Below the pieces are notes generated by a model. It was not told the DNA's origin, made no database searches, and saw only the letters and a program-made list of their open reading frames with translations. Positions 7,292 to 16,701 of a stretch of 50,878 bases of DNA are shown here, one piece after another. Position 1 is the first letter of the stretch, and each line of letters begins with the position of its first letter. A program made the position numbers and the translations under genes. The stretch comes from an uncultured Bacteroidales bacterium (lineage in GTDB: Bacteria > Bacteroidota > Bacteroidia > Bacteroidales > TTA-H9), in NCBI GenBank assembly GCA_964550695.1, contig CAZKCK010000006.1, positions 1,411-52,288 on the forward strand, written 5' to 3'.

Positions 7292-8449
7292 ATGACAACT
7301 TCCCGGTTAAATGTGTCGAAGATGCTTCCCATCATGATGGCATTCTTTGTAATGAGTTTTTGCGACCTCGTAGGCATTGGCGTCGACCGTGTTAAATTAG
7401 ACTTCCAACTCAGCAATACGCTGGCGCAACTTATTCCATCGGCAGTTTTTTTATGGTTTTTAATTTTATCAGTTCCGGTTGGAATATTACAGGACAGAAT
7501 TGGTAAAAGAAATGTGTTGAATATTGGTATGATAATCACTGCGTTGGGATTATTGGTTCCTTACTTTTTATATGATTTCTCAACCATTCTTATTGGTTTT
7601 GCTTTACTTGGAATCGGAAATACCATCGTTCAGGTTTCAGCAAATCCGCTTTTGGTTGATGTAGTTCCAACCAACCGTCAATCCAGCTTTCTGAGCTTTT
7701 CACAATTTGTAAAGGCCATAGGTTCAATGATTGCCCCACCGCTTGCCGGATGGTTCGCACTTCAGTTTGGCGACTGGAAACTGATGTTTTTGGTTTTTGG
7801 TGTAGTTTCGGTTTTAACCGTTTTATGGCTTGGATCAACCAAAATCGAAGAATCAGTCAATAAGGAAAAAAGAGCCAGCCTGTCATCATCTTTTGCTTTG
7901 CTTAACAACAGCTATGTGCTGATGATGGTCATGAGTATTTTCCTGATTGTTGGTATTGATGTGGGAATCAATGCCGTATCAGGACAGTTCCTGCTGAGCA
8001 AATACAATGCATCCCAAACCCTTGCTGAGTCGGGACGAAGCGTATATTTCTTCGGTAAAATGCTGGGAACCTTTGGTGGTGCCATTATGCTCACCTTGCT
8101 TCCTTCGCGAAAATTCTTTTTCTGGTCAGCTATTTTGTCAATAGTTTCTATTCTGGCACTTTTGTTCGCACCTTCTGAAATGACCGCCTTAGCTATAATT
8201 TTTATTATAGGTCTTGGTGTTGCCAATATTTTCCCGCTTGTTTTTTCACTTACTGTTGAAAAATATCCTACCCGTGCCAACGAAATCTCAGGGCTGATGA
8301 TTATGGCAGTATCCGGAGGAGCCGTTATTCCTCTGATTATCGGATGGGTAACTGATTTTACAGCCAGTGCAACTGTCGGGATGATTGTTTTATTGGCTTG
8401 TGCAGTTTATGAACTATTTTCTGCACTTTTAAACCTGAAAAAGCAATAA
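7292..8449 (+). CDS. Sugar MFS transporter (FucP/GluP-like)
   Basis: 385 aa with about 11-12 hydrophobic helices. The N-terminal region AFFVMSFCDLVGIGVDRVKLDFQLS...PVGILQDRIGKR resembles glucose/galactose-type MFS. It sits inside a sugar-catabolic cluster. Confidence 0.8.
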   Translation: MTTSRLNVSKMLPIMMAFFVMSFCDLVGIGVDRVKLDFQLSNTLAQLIPSAVFLWFLILSVPVGILQDRIGKRNVLNIGMIITALGLLVPYFLYDFSTILIGFALLGIGNTIVQVSANPLLVDVVPTNRQSSFLSFSQFVKAIGSMIAPPLAGWFALQFGDWKLMFLVFGVVSVLTVLWLGSTKIEESVNKEKRASLSSSFALLNNSYVLMMVMSIFLIVGIDVGINAVSGQFLLSKYNASQTLAESGRSVYFFGKMLGTFGGAIMLTLLPSRKFFFWSAILSIVSILALLFAPSEMTALAIIFIIGLGVANIFPLVFSLTVEKYPTRANEISGLMIMAVSGGAVIPLIIGWVTDFTASATVGMIVLLACAVYELFSALLNLKKQ

Positions 8450-8474
8450 TCAGGAATTCAATAATTTATTACTG

Positions 8475-10241
8475 ATGAAACAAGGTTTCCGGAAAACCGG
8501 ACAGTACCTTTTGCCTGTGAACAAGCCCGCTTTGTTGTCAGGGGCTTATGATATTTATCCTGCATTTGAACTTCCCGAAAATCAAATTCGTATCGGTTTT
8601 AACCAATTAGCGAATGAAATTTCAGGTCATCATGTGGTGTGTATTGATGGGTATTCGGGTGTGCTATTTGACAGTTTCAGAGAAAACCTTGAAGCCGAAC
8701 TGAATCATAAAGGCATTGTTAGCCAGTGGATTGATGTTTCAACATTATTAAAGGATGAAAGTGAAATCAACCAACTGGTTGAACCTTTTCTGGGTGGAGA
8801 TGATCCTTTGTTTGGCACTAGAACGAACCTTACACTGTCTGATTTTTTCGATCAGCAAAAAGTTAAAACTTTAAAACAAATTGCTGAACAATCTTTGACC
8901 ATTTATTATGGTACCGGCGCTTTTCTTTTTGCCACTGATAGTTTTAAAGTTTACATCGATCTGCCAAAAAATGAGGTTCAGTTCAGGTCTAGAGCCGGAA
9001 GCATCACAAATCTGGGTACAAACAGCCCGGATGATCCGAAAAAAATATATAAAAGGTTCTACTTTGTTGACTGGGTGGTTTTGAACCTACATAAAAAACA
9101 ATGGATCAATAATATAGATATTTTTGTTGATGGACAAAATCCCGAATCACCCACTTTTATAGCTGGTAAGAACTTACTGGATGCTTTGCATCAGATGGGT
9201 TGCAATGTATTCAGGGTCAGACCCTGGTTTGAACCCGGAACTTGGGGCGGGCAATGGATCAGAAGTAAAATCAATGGTTTGAACAAGGATGTTCCAAACT
9301 ATGCCTGGTCCTTTGAGCTCATCGTACCTGAAAATGGTCTGCTGTTCCGGAGTTCGGGTAAACTGCTCGAAGTTTCATTCGATTGCTTGATGTTCACTGA
9401 GGCAGAAGCAGTTCTGGGCGATTGTTATCCGGTTTTTGGTGCTGAATTCCCAATCCGTTTCGATTTTCTGGATACCTTCGAAGGTGGAAATCTTTCAGTT
9501 CAGTGCCATCCGCAAAAAGAATACATCCGAACTCATTTTGGTGAAAATTTTACACAGGAAGAAACCTATTATATTCTTGATTCACAAAACAAGGCGCATG
9601 TTTACCTTGGGTTTCAGGAAAATATTGACCCTGAAGGTTTTAAAACTGCACTTGAAGACAGTTTTACAAATTCAGAACCTATTGACATTGTGAAATATGT
9701 ACAGAAACATGAAGCCAATAAACACGATCTTTTCCTGATACCTCCCGGAACAATTCATGCCTCCGGTGCTGATAATCTTGTCCTCGAAATCAGCAGCACA
9801 CCCTACATCTTTACCTTTAAAATGTACGACTGGCTGCGGCCTGATCTTGATGGAAAGCCCAGACCCCTGAATATCAGACGTGGGATGGAAAATCTGATTT
9901 TTGATCGTAAAGGTGAAAAAGTGAAGGATGAACTGATTGCGAAACCAAAATTAATAAACGAAGGAGCAGGGTGGAAGTTGTACCATCTTGCGACCCACAA
10001 AGAGCATTTATATGATGTTCATCGCATTCATTTACAATCTGTTATTACTATTGACACCGAGGATAAATGTCATGTGTTAAGTCTGGTGGAAGGCCGTCAA
10101 ATTACAATAATTACGTCCGGAGGTATGCATCAACAGTTTAATTATGCTGAAACCTTTGTGATACCTGCGGCTTGTAAACACTATCAGATTGTAAATACCG
10201 AAAAAGAAGAAGTAATTTTGATCAAAGCTTTTGTAAAATAA
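8475..10241 (+). CDS. Class I mannose-6-phosphate isomerase-like cupin protein (long, 588-aa form)
   Basis: Zn-binding cupin signature LSVQCHPQKEY near residue 340 and IPPGTIHASG further on. The context is a ROK kinase plus a GH38-like hydrolase. Confidence 0.6.
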   Translation: MKQGFRKTGQYLLPVNKPALLSGAYDIYPAFELPENQIRIGFNQLANEISGHHVVCIDGYSGVLFDSFRENLEAELNHKGIVSQWIDVSTLLKDESEINQLVEPFLGGDDPLFGTRTNLTLSDFFDQQKVKTLKQIAEQSLTIYYGTGAFLFATDSFKVYIDLPKNEVQFRSRAGSITNLGTNSPDDPKKIYKRFYFVDWVVLNLHKKQWINNIDIFVDGQNPESPTFIAGKNLLDALHQMGCNVFRVRPWFEPGTWGGQWIRSKINGLNKDVPNYAWSFELIVPENGLLFRSSGKLLEVSFDCLMFTEAEAVLGDCYPVFGAEFPIRFDFLDTFEGGNLSVQCHPQKEYIRTHFGENFTQEETYYILDSQNKAHVYLGFQENIDPEGFKTALEDSFTNSEPIDIVKYVQKHEANKHDLFLIPPGTIHASGADNLVLEISSTPYIFTFKMYDWLRPDLDGKPRPLNIRRGMENLIFDRKGEKVKDELIAKPKLINEGAGWKLYHLATHKEHLYDVHRIHLQSVITIDTEDKCHVLSLVEGRQITIITSGGMHQQFNYAETFVIPAACKHYQIVNTEKEEVILIKAFVK

Positions 10242-10268
10242 TTCCGGACCCAATAATTCAAATTTTCT

Positions 10269-13200
10269 ATGAAAAAAAGTCTGATTTTAATCCTGGTAGC
10301 TGTTTTATCATGGATTTCTGGTGCGAATGCACAACAATTGTTTAATGTTGAAGATCATCTGATTAGTGGTTATGAAACAAAAATCAGCGGCACTGATTTC
10401 AATTACCATTCTGCCTTGCCTGATTTACGCGATTGTATCCTGATCAGAGCCAACAGCGGAAACGACTTCATGGAATGGGAAACTGCACCTGTGCCACAGA
10501 ATATAACTGAAAAATTTGCCACCTTCGTCTGGATTGCCGCAATTGGATCTGGGCCGGGATTGGCCGGAATGGATCTGGCAGTGAATGATGTACAGAAATT
10601 CTCATTCCAGACCGACCATAAAGATTTTTGGCTTTTTGATGCTCCCGATGGTTCAAGTCTGGCTTTCAGGTCAATCATGACTGACCAATATGGAGACAAA
10701 CATGGCTATATGATTTTAAGAATTCCCCGTGACCGTGCGGTACCCGGAAAACCGCTGAAAATAAAGGTTACCGGCGGTAAATATAATCTCACTTCGTGGT
10801 ATATGACATTTAAAATGCCTGTAAAAACCGGTTTTAAAGTGAATTCATACCAGGCCATCCTCAAACAGGGTGAAGCACGTAAACAATTGGTAGCTATCGG
10901 AATGTTTTATTTTGGAAATGAAGCAGATGCAAAAGTTTTTGCCGATGGGAAGGAATTGCTGGATACGAAATTGAAATTTGGTTACAACTACTTAAAACTG
11001 GGACTCGATCCTGTTAAAAAAGACAAAAAAGTTGATTTGAAAGTGATAGCCGGAAATTTTACAGCATCCGAAAAAATCACCCTTAAACCGGTAAAGCACT
11101 GGAAAATACGGTTTATACAGCATTCACATACCGATATTGGTTACACACGCCCGCAAACAGAAATTCTGGCCGAACATCTCAGGTATATCGACTATGCACT
11201 CGATTACTGCGATGCTACCGACATTTATCCCGAAAATGCAAAATTCCGGTGGACCTGTGAAGCATCGTGGGCCGTGGATGAATACCTGAAATGCAGACCC
11301 GAAAAACAGATTCAGCGTCTCGTGAAAAGGATCAAAGAGGGTAGGATAGAGGTTACCGGAATGTATTTTAATTTTGATGAAATACCGGATGAAAAAATCC
11401 TTGCCACTTCGCTCGAAGCCATCGGAAGAATCCGTGAAAAGGGAATTCCGGTTGAACTTGCCATGCAAAATGATGTGAATGGCATTGGCTGGTGTATGAA
11501 TGATTATTTTAATGATCTTGGAGTTAAATACCTGAATATGGGCACACATGGCCACAGGGCATTGATTTGCTTTGACAAACCAACCATGTTTTGGTGGGAA
11601 TCGCCTTCAGGCAAAAAATTGCTCACTTTCAGAGCCGAACATTATATGACCGGAAATACAGTGATGGATATTCAATCGGGCGATATTGAACGGTTTAAAG
11701 ACAAAGTTTTAAGTTATCTTCTTGAATTACAGGGTAAAAATTATCCTTATGACCTGATGGCCATACAACACTCCGGATACCTCACCGATAATTCTCCTCC
11801 ATCAACCACTGCCAGTGACCTGATCAGCGTCTGGAATGAAATGTTTGAGTGGCCGCAGCTTACAACATCCACAGCTTCAGCATTTTTTGAAGAAATGGTT
11901 ACAGCGCATGGTACCGAATTTCCCGTTTACAAAGGCGCCTGGCCCGATTGGTGGACTGATGGTTTTGCTGCCGGAGCCAGAGAAGTTTCAGTTACTCGAA
12001 CAGCTTCTGCCAATCTGAAAGCAAATACTGCAGGACTTGTGATGGCCGGTTTACAGGGTACACCCCTGAACAACCACCTAAATCAAAATATTGAACTTTC
12101 TGATAATGCCTTGCTTTTCTACACCGAGCACACTACAGGATACTCTGAAAGCGTACGCGAACCTTTGAGCCAGAATACAATGGAACAACGCTCCCTCAAG
12201 GAATCCTATGCCTGGGAAGCTTACCGCAGGTCATCCATACTTGGTGAAGAAACCATGGGTTTATTGCAGGCACAGTTTACGCGCCAGAAAGACCCATCGT
12301 TTGTGGTTTACAATACCTTGAACTGGAAACGCTCTGGTCTTGTTACAGTTTACATTGATCATCAGATAGTTCCACTGGGGAAGATGGCCGGGATTTATGA
12401 TAATCAGGGAAACCGGATGCCGGCCCAAGCCCAGGAACATCGTTCCGATGGCACGTACTGGACAGTTTTTGTGAAGGATATACCTGCTTTTGGATATCGT
12501 AAGTTCCTGATTAAATCAAGAGTGATGGATGAATCTTCAACAACTACCAAACCTGAAACGATCCTTGAGAACAAATGGTATTACATTGTTGCTGATTTGC
12601 CAAAGGCCTCGCTAACATCAATTTATGACAAAGAAACGGGGTTGCAATTAATTGATCAGGAAGCAAATGTAAAGGTTGGTGAGTTTATTCTTGAAAAACT
12701 TGGCAATCGTTCGCAAATGGAATCGCGCAAGCTTGATTCATATGAGCGCATTCTGCTTGATACCATTTGGTTCGATTCAATGCATCAGGGTGACGTATGG
12801 AAAAGTATCAAATTTTATGGTGAGACTGAAACGGCAGTAAAACCGCGCGGATTCAGCATTGAATTCAGGCTGTTCAATGATTTTAAACGCATTGATATTG
12901 TTTGCCGGATGACCAAAAAAACAATTGTTGATCCTGAAAGTTTTTATATTGCATTCCCTTTTGGTCTTAAAGATGCGAAGCATTTTCTGGAAGTACCCGG
13001 AGGTGTAATTGAAGTAGGAAAGGACCAGATTCCCGGTTCTTCCAATGACTGGTATACCATGCAGGATTTTACAGCGCTTCGCAACAACAATACCCAGATT
13101 GTATTGTCATGCAATGAAATGCCACTGTTTCAGTACGGAGATATCAATACCGGAAGATATAAAGCCGGAGCATTGCCACAGGGGCCGCATCTGTATTCAT

Positions 13201-13634
13201 GGCCTATGAACAACTATTGGGTAACCAATTTTAATGCTGATCAGCGGGGCGGGCATACATGGACGTATTCGCTTACATCGTCAAATGATGTTTCAAATGC
13301 TTTTGCCACACAATTTGGCTGGGGAAACCGGATTCCTTTCCTGAGCAGGGTGCTGCCCGGAGGTGGAATTGGTGACGAAAACTGGGAGGGAAGCTTTATT
13401 TCAGGATGGCCTCAAAATACAATTCTGGTAAGCTGCACACCTGAAGCAGATGGAAAATCAGCAATGATTCAATTAAGGGAGACTGAAGGGAAATCTGTAA
13501 AAATTGAACTATTACATGGGTTGAATTCTAATCCATTGATACTAAAGCGTGTGGACGTTACCGGAAAAGAAATCCCCAATAGCAGCAATGAGATATTGCC
13601 ATTTGAAACCAGATTTTATAAATTTGAACTTTGA
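10269..13634 (+). CDS. Exported glycoside hydrolase family 38-like protein (putative alpha-mannosidase)
   Basis: Signal peptide MKKSLILILVAVLSWISGANAQ. GH38 N-domain-like metal motif FIQHSHTDIGYT after an N-terminal extension of about 270 aa. 1121 aa. Confidence 0.65.
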   Translation: MKKSLILILVAVLSWISGANAQQLFNVEDHLISGYETKISGTDFNYHSALPDLRDCILIRANSGNDFMEWETAPVPQNITEKFATFVWIAAIGSGPGLAGMDLAVNDVQKFSFQTDHKDFWLFDAPDGSSLAFRSIMTDQYGDKHGYMILRIPRDRAVPGKPLKIKVTGGKYNLTSWYMTFKMPVKTGFKVNSYQAILKQGEARKQLVAIGMFYFGNEADAKVFADGKELLDTKLKFGYNYLKLGLDPVKKDKKVDLKVIAGNFTASEKITLKPVKHWKIRFIQHSHTDIGYTRPQTEILAEHLRYIDYALDYCDATDIYPENAKFRWTCEASWAVDEYLKCRPEKQIQRLVKRIKEGRIEVTGMYFNFDEIPDEKILATSLEAIGRIREKGIPVELAMQNDVNGIGWCMNDYFNDLGVKYLNMGTHGHRALICFDKPTMFWWESPSGKKLLTFRAEHYMTGNTVMDIQSGDIERFKDKVLSYLLELQGKNYPYDLMAIQHSGYLTDNSPPSTTASDLISVWNEMFEWPQLTTSTASAFFEEMVTAHGTEFPVYKGAWPDWWTDGFAAGAREVSVTRTASANLKANTAGLVMAGLQGTPLNNHLNQNIELSDNALLFYTEHTTGYSESVREPLSQNTMEQRSLKESYAWEAYRRSSILGEETMGLLQAQFTRQKDPSFVVYNTLNWKRSGLVTVYIDHQIVPLGKMAGIYDNQGNRMPAQAQEHRSDGTYWTVFVKDIPAFGYRKFLIKSRVMDESSTTTKPETILENKWYYIVADLPKASLTSIYDKETGLQLIDQEANVKVGEFILEKLGNRSQMESRKLDSYERILLDTIWFDSMHQGDVWKSIKFYGETETAVKPRGFSIEFRLFNDFKRIDIVCRMTKKTIVDPESFYIAFPFGLKDAKHFLEVPGGVIEVGKDQIPGSSNDWYTMQDFTALRNNNTQIVLSCNEMPLFQYGDINTGRYKAGALPQGPHLYSWPMNNYWVTNFNADQRGGHTWTYSLTSSNDVSNAFATQFGWGNRIPFLSRVLPGGGIGDENWEGSFISGWPQNTILVSCTPEADGKSAMIQLRETEGKSVKIELLHGLNSNPLILKRVDVTGKEIPNSSNEILPFETRFYKFEL

Positions 13635-13636
13635 GG

Positions 13637-15391
13637 CTATCCAAGCAATGCTTCGATGGTTTGATATAGAACTTCAAAAGTAAATGGCTTGCTGATGTAA
13701 GCGTCCATTCCGGCATTCAGATATATTTCCCTGTCACCTTTCATGGCATTGGCTGTCAGCGCAATCACTGGTGTGTGTTTTCCTGTATTTTTTTCCAGCT
13801 CTCTGATATTTCTTGCTGCCTGATATCCATCCATTACCGGCATTTGTATGTCTAGGATAATCAGATGGTAATCATGTGACTGGTACAATTGAAAAGCTTC
13901 ATATCCATTTGATGCAAGATGGACATCAAACCCCATTTTAAGCAATTGAAATTTGGCAATTTTTTGGTTAATCAGGTTGTCTTCGGCAAGCAATACGGAG
14001 TTGTTACGGTACTTCATGGTATTCACCTGCCCTTCTGATTTGTTTGGAAGTACCGGTTCTAATACCGGAAGTGTGAAAAGAATTGTAAACCAGAATTCTG
14101 ATCCCTTTCCTAATGAACTATTTACACCAATTTCACCTCCCATCAGGTCAGTGAGTTTTTTACAAATCGAAAGCCCGAGTCCGGTGCCGGCAATCAGTCG
14201 GGATTTATCCTGCTTCAGGCGTGAAAAAACCTGAAAAAGCGATGAAAGTGATTTCTCAGGAATTCCAGGGCCCGTATCCATTACGCTGAATTTCAGGCCA
14301 ATTTTATTGATTTCACTGCCAATCATATCAACTTTCACAGTTACCGAACCCTTTTCAGTAAATTTTACAGCATTGTTTGTCAGGTTCAGCACTATTTGCC
14401 TCAGACGCGCAGCATCGCCAACCAGAACTTTAGGAATCGATTCGTCGATCTGCATATCAAACATCAGCGATTTTTCATTGGCTTTCAGCCTGTTGATTAC
14501 AGCAATGTCATCCATTACTTTCAACAATTGAAATGGCTGATGATCAATTTCAAGCTTTCCGGCCTCAATTGCTGAAAAGTCAAGCACATCATTTAGCAAG
14601 ACCAATAAATTTTCTGCTGAAGTTGTGATTCCTTTCAGCAATTCAATCTGGTCGCTTTCGAGGTGCGTATTTTTAAGAATTTCTGACAATCCAAGTATTC
14701 CATTCATGGGTGTTCTGAACTCATGTGAGACACTCGCAATAAACTCATTTTTTGCCTGCGTACCGGCTTCAGCAAGATCTTTGGCATTTCTGAGTTCTTC
14801 CTCGTATTGCTTTCGGGTGGTAATATCCCACGAGAACCCGATAAGTCCGGTTATCTGATGATTTGCATCGCGTATGGGAGCCAGATTGGTATTCACCCAC
14901 TTACGTGTATGATTGTATTCAAATTCTTCTTCAGCGTTGTAAAAAGTCTCACCGGTTTCCAATACCTGGTGTTCTTTGTCAAGATATTCAGGGTTGTTGT
15001 ATACATGAAACACATCATGAACTTTTTTTCCTAAAATTTCCTTTGATCCGAGCCCGACAAGTTCCTCAAATGCCTTATTTACAAGAATATAGTTCAGGTT
15101 CAAATCTTTAAAATAAACAAAAGCAGGAATAGTAGAAAGCAGCGTGGTTAATTCTTCGGCACGGGCTATCAAACGTTCCGTAACTTTCTTTAAATCAATC
15201 GTTGTACGTGACAGAAGGGATGAAAGTATATTTTTTTCCTTGTTTGCCCTCAGGTATTTAAATTGTGATTTTTCATAATCGGATTGCAGAAAGACCAATT
15301 GATCTGCCATTTCCTCTCTTTTCAGGCAGAATTCATCCCACGAGCCAATCGTGTTCATTTCATCAATAAGTCTTTGGTATCGGTCAGGCAT
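13637..15391 (-). CDS. PAS-domain hybrid sensor histidine kinase/response regulator
   Basis: H-box SHEFRTPMNGILG; N and G boxes NLTNNAVKFT, DTGPGI and GTGLGLSI; C-terminal receiver VLLAEDNLINQ...LILDIQMPVMDG...SKPF. I prefer the ATG at 15391 (GATGCCTGA, an 8-nt overlap with the FIST stop) over the GTG at 15472 given in the track. Confidence 0.85.
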   Translation of the reverse strand: MPDRYQRLIDEMNTIGSWDEFCLKREEMADQLVFLQSDYEKSQFKYLRANKEKNILSSLLSRTTIDLKKVTERLIARAEELTTLLSTIPAFVYFKDLNLNYILVNKAFEELVGLGSKEILGKKVHDVFHVYNNPEYLDKEHQVLETGETFYNAEEEFEYNHTRKWVNTNLAPIRDANHQITGLIGFSWDITTRKQYEEELRNAKDLAEAGTQAKNEFIASVSHEFRTPMNGILGLSEILKNTHLESDQIELLKGITTSAENLLVLLNDVLDFSAIEAGKLEIDHQPFQLLKVMDDIAVINRLKANEKSLMFDMQIDESIPKVLVGDAARLRQIVLNLTNNAVKFTEKGSVTVKVDMIGSEINKIGLKFSVMDTGPGIPEKSLSSLFQVFSRLKQDKSRLIAGTGLGLSICKKLTDLMGGEIGVNSSLGKGSEFWFTILFTLPVLEPVLPNKSEGQVNTMKYRNNSVLLAEDNLINQKIAKFQLLKMGFDVHLASNGYEAFQLYQSHDYHLIILDIQMPVMDGYQAARNIRELEKNTGKHTPVIALTANAMKGDREIYLNAGMDAYISKPFTFEVLYQTIEALLG

Positions 15392-16523
15392 CCGTTTTTT
15401 GTTTAATGGATACCAGCGTAAAAGTTTCGTTATGGAACCCACAGCTTGAATTGTAATTATTCCCAATTTCACCGTAGGTAAAAAATCCTGCTAACGGAGC
15501 CTGCCATTTTTGCCAGGCAGCTTCAATTTCTTCTGAAATGGCAGGGCCCAATGCACTGTGTCTGGCCATACATGAAAAAAGGAGCAATAAATCAGTTTGA
15601 CTATGCTGAGCATAAAAGTCATTAATTTTATTTCTGGTATAATCAATAATTTCAAAACCCGGTGATGTTGAAAAGGTTACAATGGAACCTTTGGGTACGG
15701 AACCAGCAAAAATCAAAGCTTTTTTTACAATATCAACGTTGATTACAGCCCTTAAAAGGTCTTCTTTTCCGGGTCTTAAAATCAATAATGGATATTCAAC
15801 GCCTATTTCAGGTAAGTCTTCATCATTTACATTAAGATAACTTTTGTAAACATCCAGTGCTGGTTCATTATCAATGGTATAAACAATATTGCCTTCTGAT
15901 TCAGTTATAATTTTATCGGCTCCAATGCTCACCCAGCCACTCGTTGCAATCCCATGAATTTCAAAAATATCTGCATCGAGTACAAGGGCAATTGAACCGT
16001 TGCTACAAACTTCATCTTCAGAAAAAACATAAGTCTGCTTAAAAGCCACATCATCACCGGCCAAGCCACCATAAATTTTAATATCATCTCCGGTAATTGC
16101 CTGAATACCGGTTACAAGTTGTTCACCATCAGTTAAAAGCCCGCTGGCCAGCACAAATATTGTGGGATTTTTAAATTTGCTTTTTGCCCATAAACCCAAT
16201 TTATGGCCCAACTCCAGCGAAGATATATTCTCTCCGTCAAAGAGTTTCTTTTGGTATGATTCCTTCTGCAATTCCAGCAAAACACAGATAATGCTGTTTT
16301 CTAAAATTGCATGCCCATCTTTGTTATATAGAAATTCCCCACAGGTTGAGCATCCGAATACGGTAATACCCTTGTGTTTGAAATATTCAGTAATTACTTT
16401 AAAATCAATACTTACCGAGCTGAAAATGATAGCGATTCCGGGTTGAAAATCATCTTGTAGTGCAATTTGCACTTTTTGGTGAAACTCTTTTAAGCTGAGT
16501 GCTGTAAATGATTTTGTTTGCAT
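15384..16523 (-). CDS. FIST (FIST_N + FIST_C) signal-transduction sensor protein
   Basis: 379 aa with the characteristic C-terminal PLAGFFTYGEIG. It lies immediately upstream of, and overlaps, a histidine kinase, which is the usual FIST context. Confidence 0.75.
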   Translation of the reverse strand: MQTKSFTALSLKEFHQKVQIALQDDFQPGIAIIFSSVSIDFKVITEYFKHKGITVFGCSTCGEFLYNKDGHAILENSIICVLLELQKESYQKKLFDGENISSLELGHKLGLWAKSKFKNPTIFVLASGLLTDGEQLVTGIQAITGDDIKIYGGLAGDDVAFKQTYVFSEDEVCSNGSIALVLDADIFEIHGIATSGWVSIGADKIITESEGNIVYTIDNEPALDVYKSYLNVNDEDLPEIGVEYPLLILRPGKEDLLRAVINVDIVKKALIFAGSVPKGSIVTFSTSPGFEIIDYTRNKINDFYAQHSQTDLLLLFSCMARHSALGPAISEEIEAAWQKWQAPLAGFFTYGEIGNNYNSSCGFHNETFTLVSIKQKTDA

Positions 16524-16632
16524 AATATAAGTTTATTTTCAAAAGCTAAGTCAATAACAAATATACATCATAATCTGCATTCAAGAGCATGCAAAATTCA
16601 TATTATTTATTGATGCTCTTTTTACCGGGTAA

Positions 16633-16657
16633 TAAAAAAAAGCACCCGGGAGTGCTT
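16633..16657 (-). terminator. Rho-independent terminator downstream of the OYE reductase gene
   Basis: The minus strand reads AGCAC-tcccgg-GTGCT followed by TTTTTTTTATT. Confidence 0.65.
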
Positions 16658-16701
16658 CTTAGTTATTTTATAAAATTAACATGCTGAAATAAAAGCAAGA
16701 T

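Noticed and set aside
16583-16624. Hairpin AAGAGCAT-(22 nt)-ATGCTCTT followed by TTTT on the + strand, between two minus-strand genes.
   Set aside because: It is terminator-like only in the orientation opposite to both neighbours, with a large loop and an AT-rich stem. It could be a 5'-UTR structure of the FIST gene or chance. Evidence is not enough to call an sRNA or terminator.
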